Shown: positions 50,773 through 59,476 of the stretch, in pieces | How positions within the stretch are numbered: position 1 is the stretch's first letter | How the letters are laid out: each line of letters starts with the position of its first letter | Assembly: GCA_964595725.1 (NCBI GenBank) | Contig: CAZQRQ010000012.1 | Coordinates: 994-64,993, forward strand | From: an uncultured Rikenellaceae bacterium | GTDB taxonomy: Bacteria > Bacteroidota > Bacteroidia > Bacteroidales > VadinHA17 | Length of the DNA stretch: 64,000 bases | Reading direction: 5' to 3' | The notes under the pieces: generated by a model | Told to the model about the DNA's origin: nothing | Seen by the model: the letters and a program-made list of their open reading frames with translations, nothing else | Databases searched by the model: none | Position numbers and translations under genes: made by a program

Positions 50773-52518
50773 TTATTCAAAATCGAGATTAAATGTTTTT
50801 CGTATTTCTTTCAGTGCCGGGTGTTTTGATACAAGGTGATTATATTTCTGCTCGTCTGAATAAATAACGCCTTCAATTTCAGATGTATCTACAACTGACT
50901 CTATTTCTATGCCTTTTGTACCGAATTTTCTTTCCAAAAACAAAGAAAGCCTTTGTTTATAATTCTGATTAAAACTATCACGCTGTGCAGCGTTGCTCAG
51001 GTGAAGAGATATTGTTCCATCAGGGTGTAGTTCAGTCTTGACAGACTTGAACATGCTTACTACCCTGGGGCCGTCATTTTTTATCTCATCAGAAAAATCA
51101 TTCCAGGCTTTCTGAAAGTTTTCAGCCGACATTTCTAAAAGTTCATGTTTGCCGGACGGCCCAGAATCCTGTTTACCTGGAATTGCTTCCTCCTGTGAAT
51201 TGTCATTATTCCCGGAGATCAGGTTTTTAACAGAAAATGATTTATTGTTTTGAATACCTTCGGGATCAAATGTATCGGTGTCTGATGCTGATGCTGATAC
51301 TGATTCCGATTCCGTTAATTTCTCTTCCTTATCTCTTAATAACTTTGACTTGGAATGAACCGGGACTACAGGTTCATTCAGTGTATCAGGCTCAGGCTTT
51401 TTTTTTTCAGCTCCAGCCGACTCCCTCTTATTTATCCTGCTCAGGCGCAGTAATGAAAGTTCAACAAGAAGCCGCTGGTTTTTACTTCCTTTGTATTCAA
51501 GGTCGCATGTATTACCTATTTCTAGAGCACTGAACAGGAAATCAACAGGACTTTTTTCAGCCTGTTGCATGTACCTTTGTTTTATAGAAGGTGTTGCCTC
51601 TATTAATTTTATAGTCTCTTTGTCTTTGCTGACCAGAAGATCCCTCAGATGACTGTTAAGGCCTGAAATAAAATTATGACCATCAAATCCTTTCTCCAGC
51701 ACCTCGTTGAAAATCAATAAAATCTTTGAAACATTTCCTTCAAGGGCTGCATCAACGGTTCGGAAATAATACTCATAATCAAGCACGTTAAGGTTGTCAA
51801 TCACATCCTGGTATGAGAATGACTTGCCGCTGAAGCTTACTATCTGATCAAAAATAGATAATGCGTCCCTTAAGGCTCCATCAGCTTTTTGTGCTATCAC
51901 ATGAAAAGCTTCCTCCTCTACGGTAACAGATTCTTTATCTGCAACATAACTAAGTCTTGCAACAATATCTTCAACCCTTATCCTGTTGAAATCAAAGATC
52001 TGGCATCTTGATAGTATTGTGGGGATTATCTTGTGTTTCTCAGTCGTTGCAAGTATAAATATAGCATGTGATGGTGGTTCTTCAAGTGTCTTGAGGAATG
52101 CATTGAAAGCCGATGATGACAACATATGCACTTCATCAATTATATAGATGCTGTACTTTCCTACCTGGGGCGGAATACGCACCTGATCGGTCAGGCTTCT
52201 TATATCATCGACTTTGTTATTTGATGCAGCATCAAGTTCATGAATATTAAATGACCTAAGAGTATTAAAAGAAAGACATGATTCGCATTCATCACAGGCT
52301 TCACCATTGTCTTTCAGATTGCTGCAGTTAATAGTTTTCGCGAATATTCTTGCGCATGTTGTCTTGCCGACACCTCTGGGACCACAAAAAAGATAAGCCT
52401 GTGCAAGATGGTTGATTTTTATTGCACTTTTCAGAGTATTTGTAATTGAACTCTGACCAACAACCATATCAAATGTTGCCGGTCTGTACTTTCTTGCTGA
52501 AACAATAAAGTTTTCCAT
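50773..52518 (-). CDS. dnaX: DNA polymerase III subunits gamma and tau
   Basis: YRPATFDMVVGQ, GPRGVGKTTCARIFAK, zinc module CDECESC, IIDEVHMLS and SRCQIFDF. Confidence 0.96.
   Translation of the reverse strand: MENFIVSARKYRPATFDMVVGQSSITNTLKSAIKINHLAQAYLFCGPRGVGKTTCARIFAKTINCSNLKDNGEACDECESCLSFNTLRSFNIHELDAASNNKVDDIRSLTDQVRIPPQVGKYSIYIIDEVHMLSSSAFNAFLKTLEEPPSHAIFILATTEKHKIIPTILSRCQIFDFNRIRVEDIVARLSYVADKESVTVEEEAFHVIAQKADGALRDALSIFDQIVSFSGKSFSYQDVIDNLNVLDYEYYFRTVDAALEGNVSKILLIFNEVLEKGFDGHNFISGLNSHLRDLLVSKDKETIKLIEATPSIKQRYMQQAEKSPVDFLFSALEIGNTCDLEYKGSKNQRLLVELSLLRLSRINKRESAGAEKKKPEPDTLNEPVVPVHSKSKLLRDKEEKLTESESVSASASDTDTFDPEGIQNNKSFSVKNLISGNNDNSQEEAIPGKQDSGPSGKHELLEMSAENFQKAWNDFSDEIKNDGPRVVSMFKSVKTELHPDGTISLHLSNAAQRDSFNQNYKQRLSLFLERKFGTKGIEIESVVDTSEIEGVIYSDEQKYNHLVSKHPALKEIRKTFNLDFE
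51353..51408 (-). other. Putative dnaX recoding cassette: A10 slippery run plus a downstream 9-bp hairpin
   Basis: On the minus strand, GAA AAA AAA AAG (codons 371-374) contains A_AAA_AAG. The -1 frame reads GCC TGA. GAATGAACC / GGTTCATTC is a perfect stem with a 9-nt loop, 17 nt downstream. Confidence 0.45.
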
Positions 52519-52660
52519 CTAAAGTTTCTAGAATTGTTTTGTTATGCATCAGGACAAATATAGGCAAAAAGCTTTACTGAGAAACTGCACTCAGGAAATA
52601 GAAATGAACAACTATAACTTAATATATTATGCAGGCTCTACAAAATTGGGGCTCCAAATT

Positions 52661-52690
52661 TTTGTTTAACACAAAATTATTGTAGTTTTG
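52661..52690 (+). promoter_or_regulatory. Candidate Bacteroidota promoter (-33 TTTG, -7 TAnnTTTG) for rpsF-rpsR-rplI
   Basis: TTTG at 52661-52664 and TAGTTTTG at 52683-52690, separated by 18 nt. The pair lies about 40 nt upstream of the rpsF ATG. Confidence 0.45.
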
Positions 52691-52728
52691 CGAGCCAAAA
52701 TAATTTAACTATTAAACGATAGACTAAC

Positions 52729-53082
52729 ATGTTAAATCAGTATGAAACCGTTTTCATTGCAACTCCCGTTTTATCTGAGAATCAGATGAAGGAAGCGGTA
52801 CTAAAATTCAAGAAGATCATCACCGATAATACTGGTGAGATCGTTCATGAAGAGAACTGGGGCCTTAAGAAACTGGCCTATCCTATCCAGAAAAAATCTA
52901 CAGGATTTTATTACCTGATCGAATTCAAAGGACCGGGTGAAATTATTGAGAAGCTCGAAGTCCAGTACAGAAGAGATGAAAGAATTATAAGATTTCTCAC
53001 TTTTAAAATGGACAAATTCGCCGTTGAATATGCAGAAAAGAAGAGAAAGCAGAAAGAATCAGAAAAATCAAAGGAAGAATAA
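52729..53082 (+). CDS. rpsF: 30S ribosomal protein S6
   Basis: [10 protein letters not shown]...[13 protein letters not shown]...GFYYLIEF is the S6 signature. It has a basic/acidic C-terminal tail. Confidence 0.95.
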   Translation: MLNQYETVFIATPVLSENQMKEAVLKFKKIITDNTGEIVHEENWGLKKLAYPIQKKSTGFYYLIEFKGPGEIIEKLEVQYRRDERIIRFLTFKMDKFAVEYAEKKRKQKESEKSKEE

Positions 53083-53085
53083 GAA

Positions 53086-53355
53086 ATGGCACAGAATGAA
53101 TCAGAAATAAGGTACCTGACTCCCCCGACAGTCGAAATTAAAAAAAAGAAATACTGCAGGTTCAAGAAGAACAGGATAAGATACATTGACTACAAGGATC
53201 CCGAGTTCCTGAAAAAATTTCTTAATGAACAGGGAAAGATACTACCGAGAAGAATAACCGGTACATCATTGAAATATCAGAGGAAAGTGGCTAAAGCTGT
53301 GAAGAAAGCCAGGCATATTGCGCTACTTCCTTATGTGGCTGACCTATTAAAATAA
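53086..53355 (+). CDS. rpsR: 30S ribosomal protein S18
   Basis: [50 protein letters not shown] is the S18 signature. Confidence 0.95.
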   Translation: MAQNESEIRYLTPPTVEIKKKKYCRFKKNRIRYIDYKDPEFLKKFLNEQGKILPRRITGTSLKYQRKVAKAVKKARHIALLPYVADLLK

Positions 53356-53367
53356 GGAGGGATTACA

Positions 53368-53814
53368 ATGGAGATAATTTTACTGCAGGATGTTCCAAAA
53401 CTTGGACATAAAGATGATATGGTAAAAGTAAAAGACGGCTATGGCCGTAATTATCTGATACCCAAAGGCTTTGCTATGGCAGCTACAAAGTCGGCAAAGA
53501 AAGTGCATTCAGAAAACCTGAAACAGAGAGCCCACAAGGAGGAAAAGATAAAAGTTGAAGCCCAGGCAATTGCCGACAATCTTGCCGGTCTCAAGCTTGT
53601 TGTTGGTGCAAAGACCAGCAGTACCGGAAAGATTTTCGGATCAGTAAATACTATACAGATAGCTGAATCATTAAAAGAAAAAGGGTTTGAAATCGACCGT
53701 AAAAATATTACCCTCCAGGAGGACCAGATCAAAGAGATCGGTTCATATAAAGCTTTTATTAAGCTTCACAGGGATGTCAAGGTTGAAATTGACTTCGAGA
53801 TTATAGCTGAATAA
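53368..53814 (+). CDS. rplI: 50S ribosomal protein L9
   Basis: MEIILLQDVPKLGHKDDMVKVKDGYGRNYLIPKGFA is the L9 N-terminal signature. Confidence 0.95.
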   Translation: MEIILLQDVPKLGHKDDMVKVKDGYGRNYLIPKGFAMAATKSAKKVHSENLKQRAHKEEKIKVEAQAIADNLAGLKLVVGAKTSSTGKIFGSVNTIQIAESLKEKGFEIDRKNITLQEDQIKEIGSYKAFIKLHRDVKVEIDFEIIAE

Positions 53815-53840
53815 AATAAGAGAGACTCTGATTGCAGGAT

Positions 53841-53877
53841 AAGAGGGTGTCTGAAATTAGGCACCTCTTATTTTATT
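53841..53877 (+). terminator. Imperfect terminator hairpin between convergent rplI and ridA
   Basis: AAGAGGGTGTC ... GCACCTCTT gives about 9 bp with two bulges and a 9-nt loop, followed by ATTTTATT. It overlaps the ridA stop codon. Confidence 0.35.
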
Positions 53878-54245
53878 GCAACTGTCTCAATCTCAATACG
53901 TGACGAAAGTGGCAGTTCTTTTACCGCGAAAGCAGCCCTTGCCGGCTGATTATCAGGGTAATATTTGGCATAAACCTCATTCATGGCTTTAAAATCAGCC
54001 ATATCACTTAACAGGCAGGTTGATTTTACCACATCGGAGAAGTTGTATCCTGATGCTTTGAGAATAGCTTCAATATTTCTGAATACCTGCTCAGTCTGTT
54101 CGGCGATTCCGCCTTCCACCATCTTACCGGTCGCAGGATCAACAGGTACCTGGCCCGAAATAAATAAGATCCCGTTACTTTCAACAGCCTGGCTGTAAGG
54201 GCCAATAGCCGATGGTGCATTTGTTGTGCTGATTATTTTCTTCAT
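53868..54245 (-). CDS. ridA: RidA family reactive enamine/imine deaminase (YjgF/TdcF family)
   Basis: APSAIGPYSQAVESNGILFISGQVPVDPATG...ARAAFAVKELP....EIE is canonical RidA. Confidence 0.9.
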   Translation of the reverse strand: MKKIISTTNAPSAIGPYSQAVESNGILFISGQVPVDPATGKMVEGGIAEQTEQVFRNIEAILKASGYNFSDVVKSTCLLSDMADFKAMNEVYAKYYPDNQPARAAFAVKELPLSSRIEIETVAIK

Positions 54246-54249
54246 CTTT

Positions 54250-54681
54250 TTAATATTGGTCGTGGAAATCCTTTTCTCTTTTGTACTTAATATCCTGTAG
54301 AACCGATGCCTTTACCTGAATTGTAAAATACCAGCTTTTCAAGTATCCCGATGGAATCCAGACGAAGCTCATATTCCAGCAATGCAAGTCCCTGGTAATT
54401 CCTATGTTGGTCATGGTAATTTTCTTCTGTACAACATCAAATCCTGTAGTATAGGTTATTTTTGTTTTCCTGGTAAGGTCAAGCGATCCCCTGAGCGCCA
54501 GTGTCTGACTTACTCTTGATGTTGAAAGTGGTTTTGAATAGCTCAGACTGTATGTCAGGTTTAAGGTCCATGGCATATCAAACTTAACATAACCGTAGCT
54601 GTCAATAATATCACCCGATTCCCGGCCCTGTGCCTGGCCCTGTGCCTGTGACTGGGGTATCTGGGCTGAAACACCCGCCAA
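54250..54681 (-). CDS. lptD: C-terminal segment of a Bacteroidota LptD-like LPS-assembly outer-membrane protein (same frame as 54814..56937)
   Basis: The track ORF begins at a TTG. It lies in the same reading frame as the upstream 707-aa ORF, and no stop other than the TAG at 54814-54816 separates them. It ends with a beta-barrel-closing type sequence, DLHCWNMSFVWIPSGYLKSWYFTIQVKASVLQDIKY. Confidence 0.6.
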   Translation of the reverse strand: MAGVSAQIPQSQAQGQAQGRESGDIIDSYGYVKFDMPWTLNLTYSLSYSKPLSTSRVSQTLALRGSLDLTRKTKITYTTGFDVVQKKITMTNIGITRDLHCWNMSFVWIPSGYLKSWYFTIQVKASVLQDIKYKREKDFHDQY

Positions 54682-54813
54682 ATCTGAATTTTGTGCCGGG
54701 GGTGGAGATTGTTGCTGTGGCTGCAGGTTGTTTTTCTTCCTTTTCTGAATAAAATCCGCAACATTGAAACTGAAACTCAGATTGGCGTTCGTTGCCCGTA
54801 ACAGGTGCCTGGT

Positions 54814-56937
54814 CTAGTTAAAATATGAGGTATTTATAGTCCGAAGTCCATCACTGCTCAGTCCATAAAATGAGAATGCGGCTCCTGCTGATATGTTAAG
54901 GCTTTCAAAGAGCAAGGTCCGGTAGTTCATCGAGAGAGGAGTCCATCGCAGTGAGTCTCCGAAGATATTATATGAAGTATTCATCGTAAGATTGTCGATG
55001 ATCTTTACTTTCTTCGGTTTTCCGGTAGTATCATCCTTTTCAAAAACCTTTGCCTCGACAATGTTTACAAGGTTGAATGTCAGGCCACCGCTGCGTCGCC
55101 CAAGAGATGGCGTCCCAAACAGGTTCCCGTCAAATATTGAGTATTGTCTCATATTTCCCAGGGTATCAGCCTGTACCAGCCTGTACATATCAGTTGCAAG
55201 GCCTTTTAGAACAGGCACATAGCTAAAAGCAACCGATGGTTTAATTATATGCCTTATTGCCTGCACCCTTGAATTGGGATTTTTGAACTGGTAGGTTCCA
55301 TAGATCTGAGGGCTAAGGCCGGTACTGATTGATGCATTTACGGACTGACCGTAGAATAAACCGTTCACGGTATCCTTCACCACTGTTGGAATTGAATTGT
55401 TCGTGACCGGGTCATAATAGTCTGTAACCCATCTTGGTTCAAATTTCTGAGTATAAAGAACGCCGGAGTATGAAAGCTGTGGAGATATTGTAAATCCGGG
55501 AGCCCATTTAAAAGGTCTTATCTGGATACTAACAGGAATATCATGTTTAAATCCGTTCTTCATGTTTTTAAATACTTCCCTGGAAAAGAGGAGACTGTCG
55601 TAAGTAGCAATGCGGTTATCGAGCTGTGCCGTATATTGTATCTGGAGCTCCTGGTACCATTTTGAAGGCCCGGTCATGTTTTTCCCTTTTAAAGGATATA
55701 GCCTTGATACAGAAAATGTTGCTTTTGGCAAATTAAGATTTATAGTGCCTGTCCTGACATCCTGTGAATGGTTAAGGCTTGTTGAAAAATTGAAAGGAGT
55801 GCCTTCCCATGTTTTAGAATAACTTATGCTAGATGTACGTTGCGTAGTAACGTGCTCTGAAGCAATATACGAATTGGAGCGGTCAAAAGCACTTGAACTC
55901 ATATTGACACTGGCAGCAAACCGTGATCCCGGTGAAGATTTTGGATCCTGGTTATAGGTCCAGTCTATCCTGTAATTGGTTGTTTTCGAATAATCTGAAA
56001 GTCCCTTGTGTCCTGATATATTGTTAGCATAGCTGACTGAAAAATTCCCCGAGTACCTGTATTTCTTTGCGTAAGCCGATGTTGCATTAAGCATCCATGT
56101 TCCATTTGTATAAAGGCTCCCGGTTAACTGCAGGTGAATGTAATCGTTTATAGCGAAGTAGTAGCCTCCTTCCCTCAGCGAGTATCCGAGCTCGTAAGTA
56201 GTTCCCAGCTTTGGTATTATGATACCTGAGGCCGCTTCTTTTTTCTGTATGGGGAAATAACCGAAAGGGAGGACTATCGGAAGGGGAATATCCTCGAGGA
56301 CAAGATAAGCCGGGCCGGTAATAATTTTCTTATCAGGTATAACCCGTGCCTTATTAAAACCGACATAAAAGTGCGGATGATCCAGATCGCAGGTTGAATA
56401 AGTACTTTTTTTGATGTTCAGGCTTCCATTTTCAAGGCGCTTGGTAAGTCCGCTGTGCAGGTAACCCTCCTCCTGCTCCGTCATCATGCCATAAGATATT
56501 CCGCGTTCAGTCTTAAAATTATAGATCATTGAATCAGACTGGAATGTTTCTGAACCCTTTTGAAATACCGGTGACCCTGTAATTGCGCCTGTCGAGTCCC
56601 TTCGTCCTGTGGCAAACACCTCTGAAGTTTCCATATTCAGCACAACCGAATCAGCCTTCAGGATAATATCACCATAGTTGACCTCAGCCTGATCAACAAG
56701 ATAGACCTTCCTGTTGATAAAGTCCACTTTCCTGTAACCGGCCGCAGTGTGCGTTATAGGCATATCGATAGCTTCCTGGGATATCTTGCCACTGCTCTGT
56801 GCAGTATCAGCGTTTACAACATTGTAACGTTCAGGTATTGTATCAACTGTTATTTCTTCAACCTGGGAAAACAAAAAGGTAAAATGGATCACCATCAGGG
56901 ACACTACAACCAACCGTTTTACGTTAAGAAAATACAA
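54814..56937 (-). CDS. lptD: N-terminal 707 aa of a Bacteroidota LptD-like LPS-assembly outer-membrane protein (OstA-like N-domain plus beta-barrel), ending at an in-frame TAG
   Basis: Signal-like N-terminus and an OstA-like region (ADSVVLNMETSEVFATG...MIYNFKTERG). CDLDHPHFYVGFNKARVIPDKKIITGPAYLVLEDIPLPIVLPFGYFP is typical of the Bacteroidota LptD-like family. The combined read-through length would be about 895 aa. Confidence 0.7.
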   Translation of the reverse strand: MYFLNVKRLVVVSLMVIHFTFLFSQVEEITVDTIPERYNVVNADTAQSSGKISQEAIDMPITHTAAGYRKVDFINRKVYLVDQAEVNYGDIILKADSVVLNMETSEVFATGRRDSTGAITGSPVFQKGSETFQSDSMIYNFKTERGISYGMMTEQEEGYLHSGLTKRLENGSLNIKKSTYSTCDLDHPHFYVGFNKARVIPDKKIITGPAYLVLEDIPLPIVLPFGYFPIQKKEAASGIIIPKLGTTYELGYSLREGGYYFAINDYIHLQLTGSLYTNGTWMLNATSAYAKKYRYSGNFSVSYANNISGHKGLSDYSKTTNYRIDWTYNQDPKSSPGSRFAASVNMSSSAFDRSNSYIASEHVTTQRTSSISYSKTWEGTPFNFSTSLNHSQDVRTGTINLNLPKATFSVSRLYPLKGKNMTGPSKWYQELQIQYTAQLDNRIATYDSLLFSREVFKNMKNGFKHDIPVSIQIRPFKWAPGFTISPQLSYSGVLYTQKFEPRWVTDYYDPVTNNSIPTVVKDTVNGLFYGQSVNASISTGLSPQIYGTYQFKNPNSRVQAIRHIIKPSVAFSYVPVLKGLATDMYRLVQADTLGNMRQYSIFDGNLFGTPSLGRRSGGLTFNLVNIVEAKVFEKDDTTGKPKKVKIIDNLTMNTSYNIFGDSLRWTPLSMNYRTLLFESLNISAGAAFSFYGLSSDGLRTINTSYFN

Positions 56938-57051
56938 CTTAAATACTATTTTTGTATTGTTTTTGTGTAATACCTTGATGTCACCGGCAAAACTAATATA
57001 TTTTCATGAACATAACGGTTCACAAATGCCGAAAACGGCAAAGATCATACC

Positions 57052-58176
57052 ATGAGTATTAACATAAAGATAAGAAGTCTTATTGTGCTGCTTGCCCTTA
57101 TTGTTTCTTGGGGTAGTATTACCGGACAGGTGAATGATGGATGGGTTATTGTAATCGATCCAGGTCATGGAGGAAGAGATCCGGGAGCAGTAGGCAGTTT
57201 CAGCAAGGAGAAAGATATCACACTGGCTGTGGCACTGAAAACTGGAGAGTATCTTGAACAGAATATTAAAAACGTAAAAGTAATCTATACCAGGAAAACA
57301 GATGTTTCCGTAGATCTCCTGGAGAGATCAGAAATTGCCAATAAAAATAAGGCTGACCTGTTTGTGTCCATTCACGTAAATGCGCTGGAAGGAAGGAACG
57401 CTTACGGAACAGAAACATACATTATGGGACATCATAAAGACCAGCAGAATCTTGAAGTTGCAATGAAAGAGAACGAGGTAATCCTCCTTGAGAAAGATTT
57501 TTCAGAAAAATATGAAGAATTTGACCCCAAATCACCTGAATCCTATATAATGTTCACATTATACCAGAGTGCTTATTCGGAACAAAGCACCAGGCTTGCC
57601 TCAACCCTCCAATCCCAGTTCAAGGAACGTGTCGGGCGATATGACAGGGGAGTAAAACAGGCAGGATTCTGGGTCCTGTACCGGACTACGATGCCAAGCA
57701 TACTGACAGAAATAGGATTTATCACAAATGTGAACGAGGAAAAGTACCTGAATTCGAAGCAGGGACAGGATTATATAGCATCAGCAATTTTCAGGGCATG
57801 CCGTGATTATATCAATGATATCGAAAAGAAAAGTGTTATTTCCTACTCAGCCCCTGAAGTTCCAGCTGATAGCGGACCTAAAAAAATCACAGCTTCATCT
57901 TCTGAACCTGATATAATATTCAGGGTACAACTTGCAGCTTCATCCAGGAGAATATCAACTGAGCCATCCAATTTCAAGAATATACAGGATGTCAGAGAAA
58001 TCACTTCAGGAAGCAGATACAGGTATGTATCCGGTACATTTTCTGAGTACAGTAAAGCAGTAGAATACAGGAGGGAAATGGAAAAAATTTTTCCGGGTGC
58101 ATTTGTTATTGCTGTCAGCGATGACAAAGTATTACCTTTGCAGGAAGCACTTGACAGGATCAAAAAGGGAAAATAA
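57052..58176 (+). CDS. N-acetylmuramoyl-L-alanine amidase (Amidase_3) with a C-terminal SPOR domain
   Basis: VIDPGHGGRDPGAVG, FVSIHVNA and GFITN are amidase_3 motifs. The C-terminal FRVQLAASSRRIS...YRYVSGTFSEYSKAVEYRREMEKIFPGAFVIAV is SPOR-like. Confidence 0.88.
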   Translation: MSINIKIRSLIVLLALIVSWGSITGQVNDGWVIVIDPGHGGRDPGAVGSFSKEKDITLAVALKTGEYLEQNIKNVKVIYTRKTDVSVDLLERSEIANKNKADLFVSIHVNALEGRNAYGTETYIMGHHKDQQNLEVAMKENEVILLEKDFSEKYEEFDPKSPESYIMFTLYQSAYSEQSTRLASTLQSQFKERVGRYDRGVKQAGFWVLYRTTMPSILTEIGFITNVNEEKYLNSKQGQDYIASAIFRACRDYINDIEKKSVISYSAPEVPADSGPKKITASSSEPDIIFRVQLAASSRRISTEPSNFKNIQDVREITSGSRYRYVSGTFSEYSKAVEYRREMEKIFPGAFVIAVSDDKVLPLQEALDRIKKGK

Positions 58177-58186
58177 AAACCATGCG

Positions 58187-59128
58187 ATGAAAAAAATCTC
58201 AAATGAAGTAAAGGTTGGAGCAACCGCGGTGATAACTATTATTGTCTTTATCTGGCTTTATAATTATCTCAAAGGCAAAGATTTATTCAGCTCAACAGCA
58301 AGCTATTATGCTATATATGAAAATATTGGCGGACTCACAGAGTCGAATCCTGTTGAGATCAACGGATATAAAGCCGGTGTTGTACAATCCATAAGCTTCA
58401 TAAATGATAAGAGTGGAAGGTTGCTTGTTAAGCTGTCAATAAATAAGAGCTTCATACTTCCTGAAAATACAATTGCAGAGGTGACCACAGCATCGTTAAT
58501 AGCAGGAATGAAAATAAGGCTGATCTTTGGAGAAGGTCCGGGCGTGTATAGGAACGGGGATACAATACCCGGCAGGATGGCCGAGTCAATCCTGACAACA
58601 CTGGAAAATGAGATAATACCACTAAAAGAAAAGGTCGAATCGATGATCATATCGTTAGACTCTGTTCTTTCTGGTATAAATGAAGTAATGACACCTCAGT
58701 TCACTGCAGACGTTCGGGGTAGTATGGCTAATCTTTCCAGCACTACCAAAAGTCTTGACGACGTAATCTCATCAAAAAAAGCTGAGTTAAAAACTATGAT
58801 AGATGGTTTTTCAAAGTTTTCCACTATGCTTGCTGCTAATACTGACAAACTTGATAACACGATCAGTAACCTTTCATCTGTCTCAGATACGATAGCTTCG
58901 GCTGACATATACAATACAATAAATAATCTAAAGGCAACCCTGGAAAAGACATCTGCATTGCTGAGCGGCATGAATGAAGGCAAAGGCACTACTGGCCAGT
59001 TATTTACAAATGATTCGCTTTACAATAATCTTTCTAACAGTCTGGAGAGCCTGAATATACTGCTAACAGACATGAAGGCAAATCCGAAGAGATATGTGCA
59101 TTTTTCACTTTTTGGTAAGAAAAATTAG
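58187..59128 (+). CDS. mlaD: MlaD/MCE-domain outer-membrane lipid asymmetry maintenance protein
   Basis: N-terminal TM anchor (VKVGATAVITIIVFIWLY), MCE fold block (GGLTESNPVEINGYKAGVVQSI) and a long helical C-terminus. The start is set at ATG 58187. The track start 58097 overlaps the amidase gene. Confidence 0.8.
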   Translation: MKKISNEVKVGATAVITIIVFIWLYNYLKGKDLFSSTASYYAIYENIGGLTESNPVEINGYKAGVVQSISFINDKSGRLLVKLSINKSFILPENTIAEVTTASLIAGMKIRLIFGEGPGVYRNGDTIPGRMAESILTTLENEIIPLKEKVESMIISLDSVLSGINEVMTPQFTADVRGSMANLSSTTKSLDDVISSKKAELKTMIDGFSKFSTMLAANTDKLDNTISNLSSVSDTIASADIYNTINNLKATLEKTSALLSGMNEGKGTTGQLFTNDSLYNNLSNSLESLNILLTDMKANPKRYVHFSLFGKKN

Positions 59129-59476
59129 GCCAGCCTGGTATTTTTTGTAAATTACAGATTATCTTTTTGTTAAATTTTAGTTACAATCATAGGTCAAAAT
59201 AGTGGCTGTATAGGATCATTAAATTATGAATCGTTCAAAGGTGCATTATACCTTACGTTAAACAGGATCTGTGAAAAAAATAACGCACAAACACCTGATT
59301 ACCAATACATTAATTATTTTTAAAAAAAAATTTCTGATAAGTTATTGAACATTAATTTCATATACTTTTTTTCAAAAAACCAAGCAAAAAAAATTTTTTT
59401 TTTAACTTTTTTTTTTACAAATATTGCTTTCTGAATTAAGAGAACAAAAAATCAGAATTTATAACTAAAAACGTCC
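59129..59476. other. AT-rich intergenic region upstream of dnaA with long homopolymer tracts. Weak oriC/DUE candidate.
   Basis: 348 nt non-coding, with A9 at 59322-59330 and A8-T10-AAC-T10 at 59386-59416. I found no perfect TTATCCACA box. The best match is TGTGAAAAA, with 2 mismatches. Confidence 0.25.

Noticed and set aside
52519-52728. Possible SRP RNA or another ncRNA in the 210-nt gap upstream of dnaX and rpsF
   Set aside because: I could not find the conserved SRP domain IV-type helix or any extended GC-rich pairing. The region reads as two back-to-back AT-rich promoters.
54624-54647. Perfect 12-bp tandem duplication GGCCCTGTGCCT x2
   Set aside because: It encodes (QAQG)2 inside the low-complexity linker of the LptD-like protein. 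It is in-frame and most simply a slippage duplication in a disordered segment, not a regulatory repeat.
54814-54816. TAG reassigned as a sense codon (genetic-code change) as the explanation for the interrupted LptD-like gene
   Set aside because: TAG plainly terminates several well-delimited genes in this window (queA at 2169-2171, exbB, nuoC, nuoD, and the TPR gene at 6005-6007) at family-typical lengths. A genome-wide reassignment is therefore not supported. Local read-through or an error remain possible.
58097-58186. Upstream extension of the MlaD ORF, and likewise 19249..19350 for the post-nuoN ORF and 17868..17912 for nuoN
   Set aside because: Each extension overlaps the 3-prime end of the preceding gene and adds non-homologous residues. 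Internal ATGs just after the upstream stop give family-typical N-termini.
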